From: Devosiaceae bacterium
GTDB lineage: Bacteria; Pseudomonadota; Alphaproteobacteria; Rhizobiales; Devosiaceae
NCBI GenBank assembly: GCA_035493835.1
Contig: DATJHO010000052.1
Coordinates: 1,497-65,496, forward strand
DNA length: 64,000 nucleotides
Direction of reading: 5' to 3'
The notes under the pieces are model-generated. The model was not told the origin of the DNA and ran no database searches. It saw nothing but the letters and a program-made list of their open reading frames with translations. Of the stretch, positions 17,309 through 26,400 are shown piece by piece. The translations under genes were made by a program, and so were the position numbers. The stretch's first letter is position 1. Each line of letters opens with the position of its first letter.

Positions 17309-18505
17309 TCAGTTCCCCGTCGTCATCGTGGTGTTGGAATCGGCCGCATTGGAGGGGCTCCCCACAGCGTCAGGCGACGACGGCAAGGGATTGCTCGCTC
17401 CATTCGAATTTTGATTGGTGCCCGCGCCAGCCGCCGGTCGGGCCGGAGGCTGTGCCGGCTGGAGTTGTGGCAGCGGGAGGTAAGGCACGACGCTGCTCGC
17501 CCCCTTGTCGACGATGACCTTGTTGGCCCCACCCATCACCTGTTCCATCGTCTCGAGGTAGAGACGTTCGCGCGTCACTTCGGGCGCCTTGGCATATTGG
17601 TCATAAATCGAGGTGAAGCGCGCCGCCTCGCCCTGCGCCTGCTTTACGACCTGATCCTTGTAGGCAGCCGCATTTTCGCGGATTTGCGAGGCCTGGCCGC
17701 GGGCGTTGCCCAGCAGCGTATTGGCGTATTGCCGCGCTTCTTCCTGGAAACGGTCCTCGTCCTGCTCGGCGCGCTGCACTTCGTCATAGGCATCGGCCAC
17801 TTCGGCCGGCGGCGCGACGTTCTCGATCGCGATCTGGTCGATCCTGACGCCGGTGCCGTAACTGTCGAGCACGCCTTGCGTGATGCGCTGCACCTCGGTG
17901 GCGATGTCGGCGCGCGCGTCGCGGAAAATGTCCTGCGCGGGGCGGCGCCCCACGACTTCGCGCATGGCGCTTTCGCCCGCGGCGCGGACCATGTCCTCCG
18001 GATCGCGGACATCGAACAGGTACTTGGCCGGATCACGCACCGACCACAGCACCGAGAACTTGACGTCGACGATGTTCTGGTCGGCCGACAGCATCAGCCC
18101 CTCATTGTCGCGGCGGTTGGCGCCACTGGCGACGGAGCCGATCTCGGTCTGGTTTTCGGTGGTAACCACCCGCTCGACGGTCTCGATCGGCCAGAACAGG
18201 AAGTGCAGGCCCGGCTGGCTCAGTTGGGGCTGGGGTTTGCCCAACAGCAGTTCGACGCCAACTTCCTGCGGCGCAACGGTATAGAAGCTTTGGGACACCC
18301 AAAGACCGACCAACACCACAACGACGCCCAGGATACCCCAGCGGCCGCCCGGTAGCTGACCGCCAAAGCGATCCCGGCCGCGGCTCAGCAACTCCTCGAG
18401 ACTTGGGGTTCCGCCGCTCCGTCTGGGACCGCCGCCGCCGGACGGCTGTCCCCACGGTCCCCCACTGTTTCCGCGGCCGCCACCCGTGTTGTTGTCCCAG
18501 GGCAT
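17309..18505 (-). CDS. hflK: Protease modulator HflK (SPFH/band-7)
   Basis: MPWDNNTGGGRGNSGGPWGQP Gly-rich N-terminus, a TM segment, an SPFH domain and ARGQASQIRENAAAYKDQVV. Confidence 0.9.
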   Translation of the reverse strand: MPWDNNTGGGRGNSGGPWGQPSGGGGPRRSGGTPSLEELLSRGRDRFGGQLPGGRWGILGVVVVLVGLWVSQSFYTVAPQEVGVELLLGKPQPQLSQPGLHFLFWPIETVERVVTTENQTEIGSVASGANRRDNEGLMLSADQNIVDVKFSVLWSVRDPAKYLFDVRDPEDMVRAAGESAMREVVGRRPAQDIFRDARADIATEVQRITQGVLDSYGTGVRIDQIAIENVAPPAEVADAYDEVQRAEQDEDRFQEEARQYANTLLGNARGQASQIRENAAAYKDQVVKQAQGEAARFTSIYDQYAKAPEVTRERLYLETMEQVMGGANKVIVDKGASSVVPYLPLPQLQPAQPPARPAAGAGTNQNSNGASNPLPSSPDAVGSPSNAADSNTTMTTGN

Positions 18506-18560
18506 GTCTAACCTTTTGGTCGTTGTGCGATGCCCTATATAGGCAAGCGCCGGGGCCCGA

Positions 18561-19085
18561 TCAATGCGTGGGGCCTGTCACCCGCTCATATACCCTAACG
18601 AGAAATGCAGCCTCGTCTTTTGGCGACGGCTCTACGGCCGGCTCGTCGACTATTCGCCACGCCGCGGGATCGACGGCCGGGAACCGGATTTCGCCCTCCG
18701 GAGCTAGCGCGATATGACTAATATAGAGCCTCTCGGCGTAGCGCAGCGCCTGCGAATAAATCTCGCCGCCGCCGATGATCATCACTTCGGATGCCCCATC
18801 GGCCTGGGCGATGGTGCGGGCGTGTTCGATCGCCGCCTCGAGGTCGTTGACGACGATCACGCCCTCCGGCTGGTAGCCGGGCTGGCGGGTGACGACGATA
18901 TTGGTGCGGCCCGGCAGCGGCTTGCCGACGCTCTCATATTGCTTGCGGCCCATGATGATGGGCTTGCCCATCGTCATGCGCTTGAAAAACCCCATGTCGG
19001 AGGGAATGCGCCAGGGGATCCGCCCGTCTGCGCCGATCACCCCGTTCTCGGCGACGCCGGCAATCATGGCCACGACGACGCTCAT
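18561..19085 (-). CDS. folA: Dihydrofolate reductase
   Basis: VAENGVIGADGRIPWRIPSDMGFFKRMTMGKPIIMGRKQYESVGKPLPGRTNIVVT. ATG 19083-19085 overlaps the upstream GNAT stop (ATGA). Confidence 0.9.
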   Translation of the reverse strand: MSVVVAMIAGVAENGVIGADGRIPWRIPSDMGFFKRMTMGKPIIMGRKQYESVGKPLPGRTNIVVTRQPGYQPEGVIVVNDLEAAIEHARTIAQADGASEVMIIGGGEIYSQALRYAERLYISHIALAPEGEIRFPAVDPAAWRIVDEPAVEPSPKDEAAFLVRVYERVTGPTH

Positions 19086-19564
19086 GGCACCGTCCCCAGC
19101 CGCTTCAGCGCTTCCCCGTCCACCCGGCATTTGGTCCATTCATCCTGCAGCACCGCCCCGCGGGACTTGTAGAACTCGATCGAGGGCTCGTTCCAGTCCA
19201 AAACCCACCACTCCAGCCGGCCGAGATTTTCTTTGACGCAGCGCTTCGCCAGGTTTTCGAGCAGCGCCTTGCCGATGCCCCTACCCCGAGCCTCGGGCGC
19301 AACGAACAGATCCTCGAGCCAGATGCCGCGGCGACCCTGGAAGGTCGAATAGGTATAGAACCAGAGCGCAAAACCCGCCGGCTCGCCCTCCCACTCGGCA
19401 ATGTCGCAGAACGCCTTGGGCGAAGGCCCGAACAGGTCGCGAAGAATGTCCGCCTCGCTCGCCTGCACCTCGTGCTCAAGTTTTTCGTAAGTCGCCAAGT
19501 CCATGATGAATTGGACGATTAACGCCGCATCCGTCGCCGTCGCTTCGCGAATAATCAGGCTCAC
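19082..19564 (-). CDS. GNAT family N-acetyltransferase, diamine/SSAT-like
   Basis: IIREATATDAALI ... LEDLFVAPEARGRGIGKALL ... FYKSRGA. The track ORF starts with TTG at 19588. GTG 19564 is preferred because an AAGGTGG SD lies 8 nt upstream. Confidence 0.75.
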   Translation of the reverse strand: MSLIIREATATDAALIVQFIMDLATYEKLEHEVQASEADILRDLFGPSPKAFCDIAEWEGEPAGFALWFYTYSTFQGRRGIWLEDLFVAPEARGRGIGKALLENLAKRCVKENLGRLEWWVLDWNEPSIEFYKSRGAVLQDEWTKCRVDGEALKRLGTVP

Positions 19565-19740
19565 TCTTGGCCCACCTTGCCATTCCAAAGGAACGACACA
19601 GTCTGTTCAGACTGCCCCTTGTCAAGGCTACGCGGAAAGCATGTCAACATGGCCGGGATGACAACGTCGGTCCGGCTGCTAAATGCCCACTCGGCAATTG
19701 CAGCTCGGCGCTCTTCACTCGCCAGCCGGGACCAAAAGTC

Positions 19741-20535
19741 TCACACCGCGACCTCGGCCTTGATCGCCGGATGGGGATCATAGCCGGTGATGCGGAAATC
19801 CTCGAACTCGAAGCCGAAAATGTCCGACCGATCCGGGTTGATCGTCAGGTGAGGCAGCGGCTTCGGCTCGCGAGTGAGCTGCAGCCGGGCCTGCTCGAAA
19901 TGGTTCGAATAGAGGTGGACGTCACCAAAGCTGTGGATGAACTCGCCCGGCTTCAGCCCCGTCACCTGCGCCATAATCTCTGTAAGCAGCGCATAGGAGG
20001 CGATGTTGAACGGCACGCCGAGGAAAACATCGGCCGAGCGCTGGTAGAGCTGGCAGCTCAACTTGCCATCCGCGACATAGAACTGGAACAGGCAGTGGCA
20101 GGGCGGCAACGCCATGTCCTCGACCTCGGCCGGGTTCCAGGCCGTGACGATGTGCCGGCGCGAATTGGGGTTTTTCCTGATTGAGTCGACCACGGCTGCG
20201 ATCTGGTCGATGGTGCCGCCCTTGCCATCCGGCCAGCTGCGCCATTGCGAGCCATAGACCGGCCCGAGATCGCCATTTTCGTCCGCCCATTCGTCCCAGA
20301 TACGGACGCCGTGCTCTTGCAGGTAGCGCACATTGGTGTCGCCGCGCAGGAACCACAGCAGTTCGTGGATGATCGACTTGATGTGGAGCTTCTTGGTCGA
20401 CAGCAGCGGAAAGCCGGCCGACAGGTCGAAGCGGAGCTGATAGCCGAACAGCGAGCGTGTACCGGTGCCCGTCCGGTCGGAGCGGTCGGTCCCCTTGAGG
20501 AGCACGTCGTTGAGAAGGTGCAGATACTGGCGCAT
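19741..20535 (-). CDS. thyA: Thymidylate synthase (ThyA type)
   Basis: [31 protein letters not shown]...[12 protein letters not shown]...DVHLYSNH. The 418-aa track ORF is a spurious extension that runs across the tmRNA gene. Confidence 0.95.
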   Translation of the reverse strand: MRQYLHLLNDVLLKGTDRSDRTGTGTRSLFGYQLRFDLSAGFPLLSTKKLHIKSIIHELLWFLRGDTNVRYLQEHGVRIWDEWADENGDLGPVYGSQWRSWPDGKGGTIDQIAAVVDSIRKNPNSRRHIVTAWNPAEVEDMALPPCHCLFQFYVADGKLSCQLYQRSADVFLGVPFNIASYALLTEIMAQVTGLKPGEFIHSFGDVHLYSNHFEQARLQLTREPKPLPHLTINPDRSDIFGFEFEDFRITGYDPHPAIKAEVAV

Positions 20536-20658
20536 GGCATTTTCCCGCGCGTCGATTCGCGTGAGGCGATTATCTCTCGTGTTGACCGTCGGCGCGATGG
20601 GCAAGTGGGTGCGCCCGCCCGCATCCGCAAGGAAATCGCCATCCGCCCCGCCAAGCAT

Positions 20659-20687
20659 TTGCATCGCCGGGCCGGCGGCCATATATA
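20659..20687 (+). promoter_or_regulatory. Sigma70-type promoter of ssrA: TTGCAT, 17-nt spacer, TATATA
   Basis: Near-consensus hexamers with optimal spacing, immediately upstream of the tmRNA acceptor piece. Confidence 0.6.
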
Positions 20688-20693
20688 AGACCT

Positions 20694-21010
20694 GCCGGCA
20701 ACGGCTACGGCGATAAACGGTTATCGTAATAAACCCATCGGACCCGGGGGCAGTACCCGGCGCCTCCACCATCTCCCCTCCTTCGCGGGAGGAGCCTATG
20801 GGGGCGAAACAGGATCGACGAGGGCGTAAAGGGTATTCTTTCGCTCGGCATGGTACCGCCGTTATCGGACCAAACCTATAGTTGCGAATGATAACAACTA
20901 TGCTCCGGTCGCTCTCGCCGCGTAAGCGGTGCGAGTCCGGGAATTGAAGCCCTCTTGCTCTAGCAGGTAAGAGGCGGGGTCCGCAGGCACCTGGCAACAG
21001 AAGCCTGTAT
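20694..21010 (+). ncRNA. ssrA: Two-piece (circularly permuted) tmRNA gene, alphaproteobacterial type
   Basis: Acceptor piece ends in a T-arm-like hairpin CCGGG-GGCAGUA-CCCGG (20744-20760) plus CGCCUCC-ACCA (20761-20771). After a 28-nt spacer the coding piece starts GGGGGCGAAACAGGAUCGACG (20800-). The two acceptor strands pair with a G:U at position 3. Tag ORF AUAGUU-GCG AAU GAU AAC AAC UAU GCU CCG GUC GCU CUC GCC GCG UAA (20884-20925) encodes [13 protein letters not shown]. Ends are approximate. Confidence 0.9.
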
Positions 21011-21068
21011 TTTCTCCTTTTTTCGCGCGGATTGTTTCCCCCAAAAGGCTGAAACGGCTGGCCGCAAG

Positions 21069-21179
21069 ATGGATTCCCGCGTTCGCGGGAATGACGCGCT
21101 GTTTTGTGGGAACGGCGGGCGCTTGAGGGCAGCCCCTTGCCCCACTCACAGCGTCATTCCCGCGAACGCGGGAATCCAT
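21069..21179. repeat. Family A REP doublet
   Basis: ATGGATTCCCGCGTTCGCGGGAATGAC (21069-21095) and its reverse complement GTCATTCCCGCGAACGCGGGAATCCAT (21153-21179), separated by 57 nt. Confidence 0.8.
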
Positions 21180-21278
21180 CTTTTTTGGCACGAGCGGTCG
21201 CGAAAGCCCCCATCGCAACTACTTGGCGCGTCGTTATATCAAGCTCTAAGCTGCCCCCATCCACTCGTGAGGGGCCCG

Positions 21279-22418
21279 ATGAGCGAGCGATCCACAACGA
21301 TTACTGCGGCCGAGGCGCGCCGCATCTGGCTCAAGGCCCAGCGGCTCGATGGCGCCGCCCCCTTCGGCGAGGGCCCTGACGCGACCCGGCGCGCGGTCGA
21401 GCACCTGGGCTATGTGCAGATCGACACCATCAATGTCCTCGAGCGCAGCCACCATCACATTCTTTACACCCGCATTCCCCAATATCGCCGGACCGACCTG
21501 GCACAGGCGCAGTCCGTCGACCGGTCCGTGTTCGAATATTGGACGCATGCGCTCGCTTACGTGCCGACCCCCGATTACCGGTATTTCCTGCCGGCGATGA
21601 AGCAGCGTCGCGAAAAGCCGGACAACTGGTTCGGTGCGGTCGACCCGCAAAATTATCGCGACCTGATCAAGCGCATCCGCACCGATGGCCCGCTCTCCAT
21701 CCGCGATATCGATGATGACGTGCTGGTCGAAAAGGAGCACCCCTGGGCCAGCCGCAAACCCTCCAAGCGCGCCCTGCAGCTCGCCTTCTACACTGGCGAT
21801 CTCACGATCAGCGCCCGCTCGGGGATGGTGAAGACCTATGAGCTCCCCGATCGCCATTTCGCCTGGGCCCATCGCCCCCGGCCGGCGACCGAGAATCAGT
21901 ATCATCAATATCTGCTTGCCCGAGGCTTGCGCGCACAGGGCATCGTCAGCCTCGATTCCCTCAGCTATGGCGACCTGAAGCGCAAGGCCGGCCTTGCCCA
22001 ATTGATCGAGGCCGCGGTTCGCCGGAAGACTTTGGTGCCGGTGCGGATCGAGGGAGCGGAAAAGCTCCATCACTGGGTGGAGCCGGCCCTTCTGGAGCCA
22101 GCCGAAGCCCGGGACGCGCCGGTCCACATTCTCTCACCCTTCGATCCCTTGGTGATCCAGCGCAAGCGGCTGGCCCTGTTCTTCGGCTACGAGCATCGCT
22201 TCGAGGCCTATGTGAAACCGGAAAAGCGTGTTCTCGGCTATTTTGCCCTGCCCGTGCTCGCCGGCGACCGCATCGTTGCCGCTCTCGACCTCAAGACCGA
22301 TCGGCAGGCCCGCAAGCTGCTGGTGCAGCGATGGACATGGCTGGAACCCGGTGCCGAACGCTGGCGTCAAGAGATCGAGGAGGAGCTGCATCGCTTCGAG
22401 GCGTTCCAGCTTGGCTGA
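21279..22418 (+). CDS. ycaQ: Winged-helix DNA-binding protein, YcaQ/DUF1006 family (interstrand-crosslink DNA glycosylase-like)
   Basis: AVEHLGYVQIDTINVLERSHHHILYTRIP, FEYWTHALAYVP and YVKPEKRVLGYFALPVL are family-typical segments. Start trimmed past the REP-derived [10 protein letters not shown] extension to ATG 21279. Confidence 0.7.
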   Translation: MSERSTTITAAEARRIWLKAQRLDGAAPFGEGPDATRRAVEHLGYVQIDTINVLERSHHHILYTRIPQYRRTDLAQAQSVDRSVFEYWTHALAYVPTPDYRYFLPAMKQRREKPDNWFGAVDPQNYRDLIKRIRTDGPLSIRDIDDDVLVEKEHPWASRKPSKRALQLAFYTGDLTISARSGMVKTYELPDRHFAWAHRPRPATENQYHQYLLARGLRAQGIVSLDSLSYGDLKRKAGLAQLIEAAVRRKTLVPVRIEGAEKLHHWVEPALLEPAEARDAPVHILSPFDPLVIQRKRLALFFGYEHRFEAYVKPEKRVLGYFALPVLAGDRIVAALDLKTDRQARKLLVQRWTWLEPGAERWRQEIEEELHRFEAFQLG

Positions 22419-22511
22419 GCGAAGCCTGTGCGAGTTCGCCATAGGCCCCGGTTTATGCTTGAAACTGCCCTGCCCTTTGGAGTGTTATGCGCGGATCGGA
22501 TTCCCGGCCGG

Positions 22512-23012
22512 ATGAACACCATGCCCGAAGATCACATTCGCTACGACATTCTTGCGCAGGAAGCCCTGCGCGGTGTCGTGCGCAAGGTTTTGTCCGAGAT
22601 TGCCAAGACCGGGCTGCCGGGCGAGCACCACTTCTTCATTTCCTTCGTCACCCGCGCGCCTGGCGTGCGCATCTCGCAGCGCCTGCTCGAGCAGTACGAC
22701 AAGGAAATGACCATCGTGCTGCAGAACCAATTCTGGGATCTCAAGGTGCACGAGGCCTCGTTCGAGGTGGGGCTCTCGTTTGACGGCCACCCCGAAACGC
22801 TCGTCATCCCCTTCACGGCGATCAAGGGCTTCTTCGACCCCTCGGTGCAGTTCGGCTTGCAGTTCGATCCCGCGACGGCCACCGCCACGGCGGTCGAACA
22901 CGTCCCCGCCGCCGAGCCCGAGCCGTCCACCGGGGAACCGCTGCCTGCCCCCTCGTCCGAGCCTGCGGGCGAAAAAGTCGTGAGCCTCGACAGCTTCCGC
23001 AAAAAACCCTGA
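22512..23012 (+). CDS. sspB: ClpXP adaptor SspB, alpha-proteobacterial type
   Basis: IRYDILAQEALRGVVRKVL...GEHHFFISFVTRAPGVRISQRLLEQYDKEMTIVLQNQFWDL. Disordered acidic/Pro linker and a C-terminal VVSLDSFRKK ClpX-binding-like tail. Confidence 0.8.
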   Translation: MNTMPEDHIRYDILAQEALRGVVRKVLSEIAKTGLPGEHHFFISFVTRAPGVRISQRLLEQYDKEMTIVLQNQFWDLKVHEASFEVGLSFDGHPETLVIPFTAIKGFFDPSVQFGLQFDPATATATAVEHVPAAEPEPSTGEPLPAPSSEPAGEKVVSLDSFRKKP

Positions 23013-23019
23013 TCCGGCC

Positions 23020-23235
23020 GTGCAGAAGCGATCCCTCTCGATCGCCGGCCACCGCACCAGCATCGCGCTCGAACCCGAATTCTGGGCCGGCCTCGAAGCC
23101 ATGGCCGCCGACCGGCATCTGGCGCTGGCGGCACTGATCCGCACCATCGACGAACAGCGCGCCACCCCCAACCTCTCCTCGGCCCTGCGCCTCGCCGTGC
23201 TGAAATGGTATCAAGCGGGCGCAGCAGAACACTGA
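23020..23235 (+). CDS. Ribbon-helix-helix domain protein (RHH_4-like)
   Basis: 71 aa. KRSLSIAGHRTSIALEPEFWAGLEAMAADRHLALAALIRTIDEQR matches the pattern of small RHH proteins found next to sspB in alphaproteobacteria. Confidence 0.6.
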   Translation: MQKRSLSIAGHRTSIALEPEFWAGLEAMAADRHLALAALIRTIDEQRATPNLSSALRLAVLKWYQAGAAEH

Positions 23236-23338
23236 TCCCTCGGGCGGCGATTGTGACCGTCGCAAACACCGCCCCCACCCACGGCGACGAACGTCGGGAT
23301 CCATCGCCGGGCCACATCCCCCGCGGTGGGCCGAAAAG

Positions 23339-23365
23339 ATGGATTCCGGCGTGCGCCGGAATGAC
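23339..23365. repeat. Family A REP unit, single copy
   Basis: ATGGATTCCGGCGTGCGCCGGAATGAC. Confidence 0.7.
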
Positions 23366-23430
23366 GTCGGGGTGGGGAAAGGCGGCTCACGCATGGCGCC
23401 GCCCCGGCCCGCGCTGCCCCCGATCACGCC

Positions 23431-26400
23431 CTAAAAAAACGGCGCCTGGGGCAGGCCGAGTTCGAGGGGAGGCGTTGCGGGAACCGGAGGCGACTGTTTG
23501 GCGGTCTCGTCGGCCGCGGCCTTTTTGGCGGCGGCATCGGCTGCGGCCTGTTGGGCGGCGGCCGCGTCGGCCTTTTTCGCCGCAGCGTCCGCATCTGCTT
23601 TTTTCTGGGCGGCGTCGGCGGCCGCCTTCTTCGCGGCGGCATCGGCGGCGGCCTGCCTCGCTTCGGTAGCCGCGGCAGCTGCCGCCGCTTTCTGATCCGC
23701 CAATTGCTGGGCCGCCTGATCCTCGGCCGTTTCCTTGTTGGCCTGGGCTGATGCCTTGGCGCGGGCATCATCCTGCGCCTTGAGCGCTTCCAGCCGGGCG
23801 ACTTCGACCTCGAGCGCCTTCATCTTGACCGCATCGACCATGCTGGCGACGTCGAGGCTGCGCTTGGGCGCCAGCAGCGTACCCGAAAGATTGGCGGTAA
23901 CCCTGGAAGTGGTCTCGCTGACGAGGCCAGCCTTGTCGAGCGTGCCGACCGGGGTCAGCGCAAACCCGCCGCCGAGTGAAAGATCGGCAAGTTTCAGCGT
24001 CACGCCGCCGAACAGTCTCGCGGCGGGCGTTCCGGCCGAAACGTTGGAGACGCGGACAGTGCCGCCGGCAATGGTCAATCCACCGCTCACCTTGGGCGCA
24101 CCGAACGGTCCTTGATCCAGCGCCGCCGACACCTTCGAGGTCAGATCCTTGGGATCAAGCTCGGCGATATTGTCGATTGCCGCAATCGCGGCGAACGCCT
24201 CGGGATCGAAATGCTGCAGCTTGAGGTCGGAGACCGCAAAGCTGCCATCGCCCGCGAGCCCTGAAAGCACGGCGGCGATGCTGTCGCCGCTGCCGTTGAA
24301 GCGCACGCTGCCATCGACGCTGCCGGAAACCGTGGCCGCGGAGGCCGGCGGCAGCAGCGCCGCTGTCGCCACGCCCTTGAGCGAGGCCTGCCCGGTCACG
24401 TCCTTGTCGGCCACCGAACCGGCGCAGCAGAGGCCGACATCGAACGATACCGTCCCGCCGCCGAGCTTGCCCGCAAAACCATTCACGCCGACATTGGTCG
24501 CGCTCCAGTCGAAACCAAAACTCGCATCGTTGATGAGCGGCCGGCCGCCGAAGGTGACGGCCGGAGTCTTGATATCGATCTGGCCGGTCGTGGTGCGCGG
24601 CGTATCGCCGATGGCAAGCGGCCCATCCGGCCAGCGTTGGCCCGCCGAGGTGATGAGCGAGGTCGGCCCGCCGACCGCCGCCGCCAGGGCGGCGGCATCG
24701 ATGCTGTCGATGCTGAGCGCGCCCGAAGCCACGGCACCCTTGCTGTCGCCGTTCAGCGCCAGATTGCCGGAAAATCCGGTATTTTTCGACTGGCCCGCGA
24801 TATTGTCGAGGGCGATCGAGCGGCCCGCCGTGAATTTGAGATCGGCGCTGCCCTGGAGTGGGGGCGTATCGATGCCAACGATCCCGGCATCCGCAGCAAG
24901 AACCGAGCTATCGGAAAGCGCCACCTTCAGCTTGCCGCTGCCGCTCATGGCCGAAAGATCGCCCGGAGTGACATCACCATCGAACGCGATCGAGTCGCTG
25001 CCGCCCACAAGGTCCAGCGTCGTCTTCAACGTCGCGCCCGGATCCCCGTCGATGCTGGCGGACAGCTTGAGGGGGGCACTGTCCGAGAGGAGGCTGACGT
25101 CGCCGAGGCCAAGCTGGGCGGTAAGCGCACGCGGATCGGCCGAGCGCAGGTCGAGCGTTGCCGATATCGGCGCCGAAAGCACCCTGCCGATACCGCCCCG
25201 AAGTTGCGCAACCAGCGTTGCGTCCGCCGCCCCGGCCTTGCCGGAAAGCGAGAGCCCCTGCCCGCCATTGTCTTCGGGCTTGTCGAGATGTGCCTTGAGA
25301 TCGACCGGCAGCGATCGCGCCAGCAGTGTCCGCACCGGCCGGGGCGTACCGAGCATGTCGAACAGGCGATCGAGCGCCGGCCCGCCATTCGCCCCGATCT
25401 TGACGTCCCCGTCGCCGGCGATCCTCGGCGCGGTCATGGTGCCGCTCAGCGCCAGCGAGAGATCTACATCGGCGCCGCCCAAATCGGCAGCGGCGAACTT
25501 GCTGATTTCGACCGCCCCATCGCCCCATTTGCCCTCGAGCGCCAGCCCTCTGCCCGGCAAGCCGAATAGCGTCGCCGAATTCGCGGTCAGCGAGACCGCC
25601 CCCTGCGGGAAGGTCAGGGGAGCGCTCGCGTCTTGCTGCAGGTCGGGCAGCAGCGCCAGAAGCGCGGCGCTGTCTTCGGCCGATACATCCTTGAACTGGC
25701 CGCTGAGATCGATCCGCCGCTGCGCCCCGAAAGTGACCAGCGCGGTGAGCGAATGGGTAACGCCGTCGAGCGTCAGCTGCCCATCGGTGAGCGCCATCGT
25801 CTGCCCGAGCAGCGACACTTTCGACTGAAATGAACCCGGCATGTTGAAGAGCGGGTTGTCCGGGGCGGGCTTCCGCCAGAGGGTTGCGAGCGTATCGAGC
25901 CGGTCGGTCGCGATCGAAAGCGTGCCGGAAAAATTCGGCCGCCCGTCCGGCGCATTGAGATCGCCGGAAAGCAGCACATTGCTGCCCCCCGGCAATTGCC
26001 CGGAAAAGCGCTTGATCGACCATTTGCTGGCATCGGTGGACGCCAGCAGGCCGACTTTCTGCAAAGCGAAAGAACGCAGCCCAAGCTCATCGGCACTGAC
26101 GGAAACCGTCCCCGCGATCGGCGGCACCGGCACCGCCGGCAATTCGCCCAGCATCCGCACCAGCTCATAGGGTTGCGGCCCCTGCTCCGTCGTCGCATCG
26201 CGCGGCGGCATGTCGAGCGCCCCGCCCGTGAGCGTTGCCGCAAAGCTCGGCGTCGGTCCGAAATCCACCGTCGCCGAGCCCGTCAGGCGGGTGACGGCAC
26301 GGTTTTCGTCCGGCACCAGGGTGAAATCGGCGAGCGCCATCCGCGCCGGCGTCGCATCCAGCTTGCCGGCCAGCGTCAGGTCACCGATGACGTTGTTGGG

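Noticed and set aside
20983-21023. Hairpin plus T-tract after the tmRNA coding piece as a defined terminator
   Set aside because: The stem CAGGC/GCCTG is only 5 bp with a 14-nt loop. The 3' end of the coding piece is generated by processing, so I did not annotate a terminator and left the tmRNA 3' end approximate.
21069-21179. Could the repeated palindromic units be CRISPR arrays?
   Set aside because: Units occur singly or as inverted pairs, not as regularly spaced direct repeats with unique spacers. No cas genes are present. They are REP/MITE-like elements.
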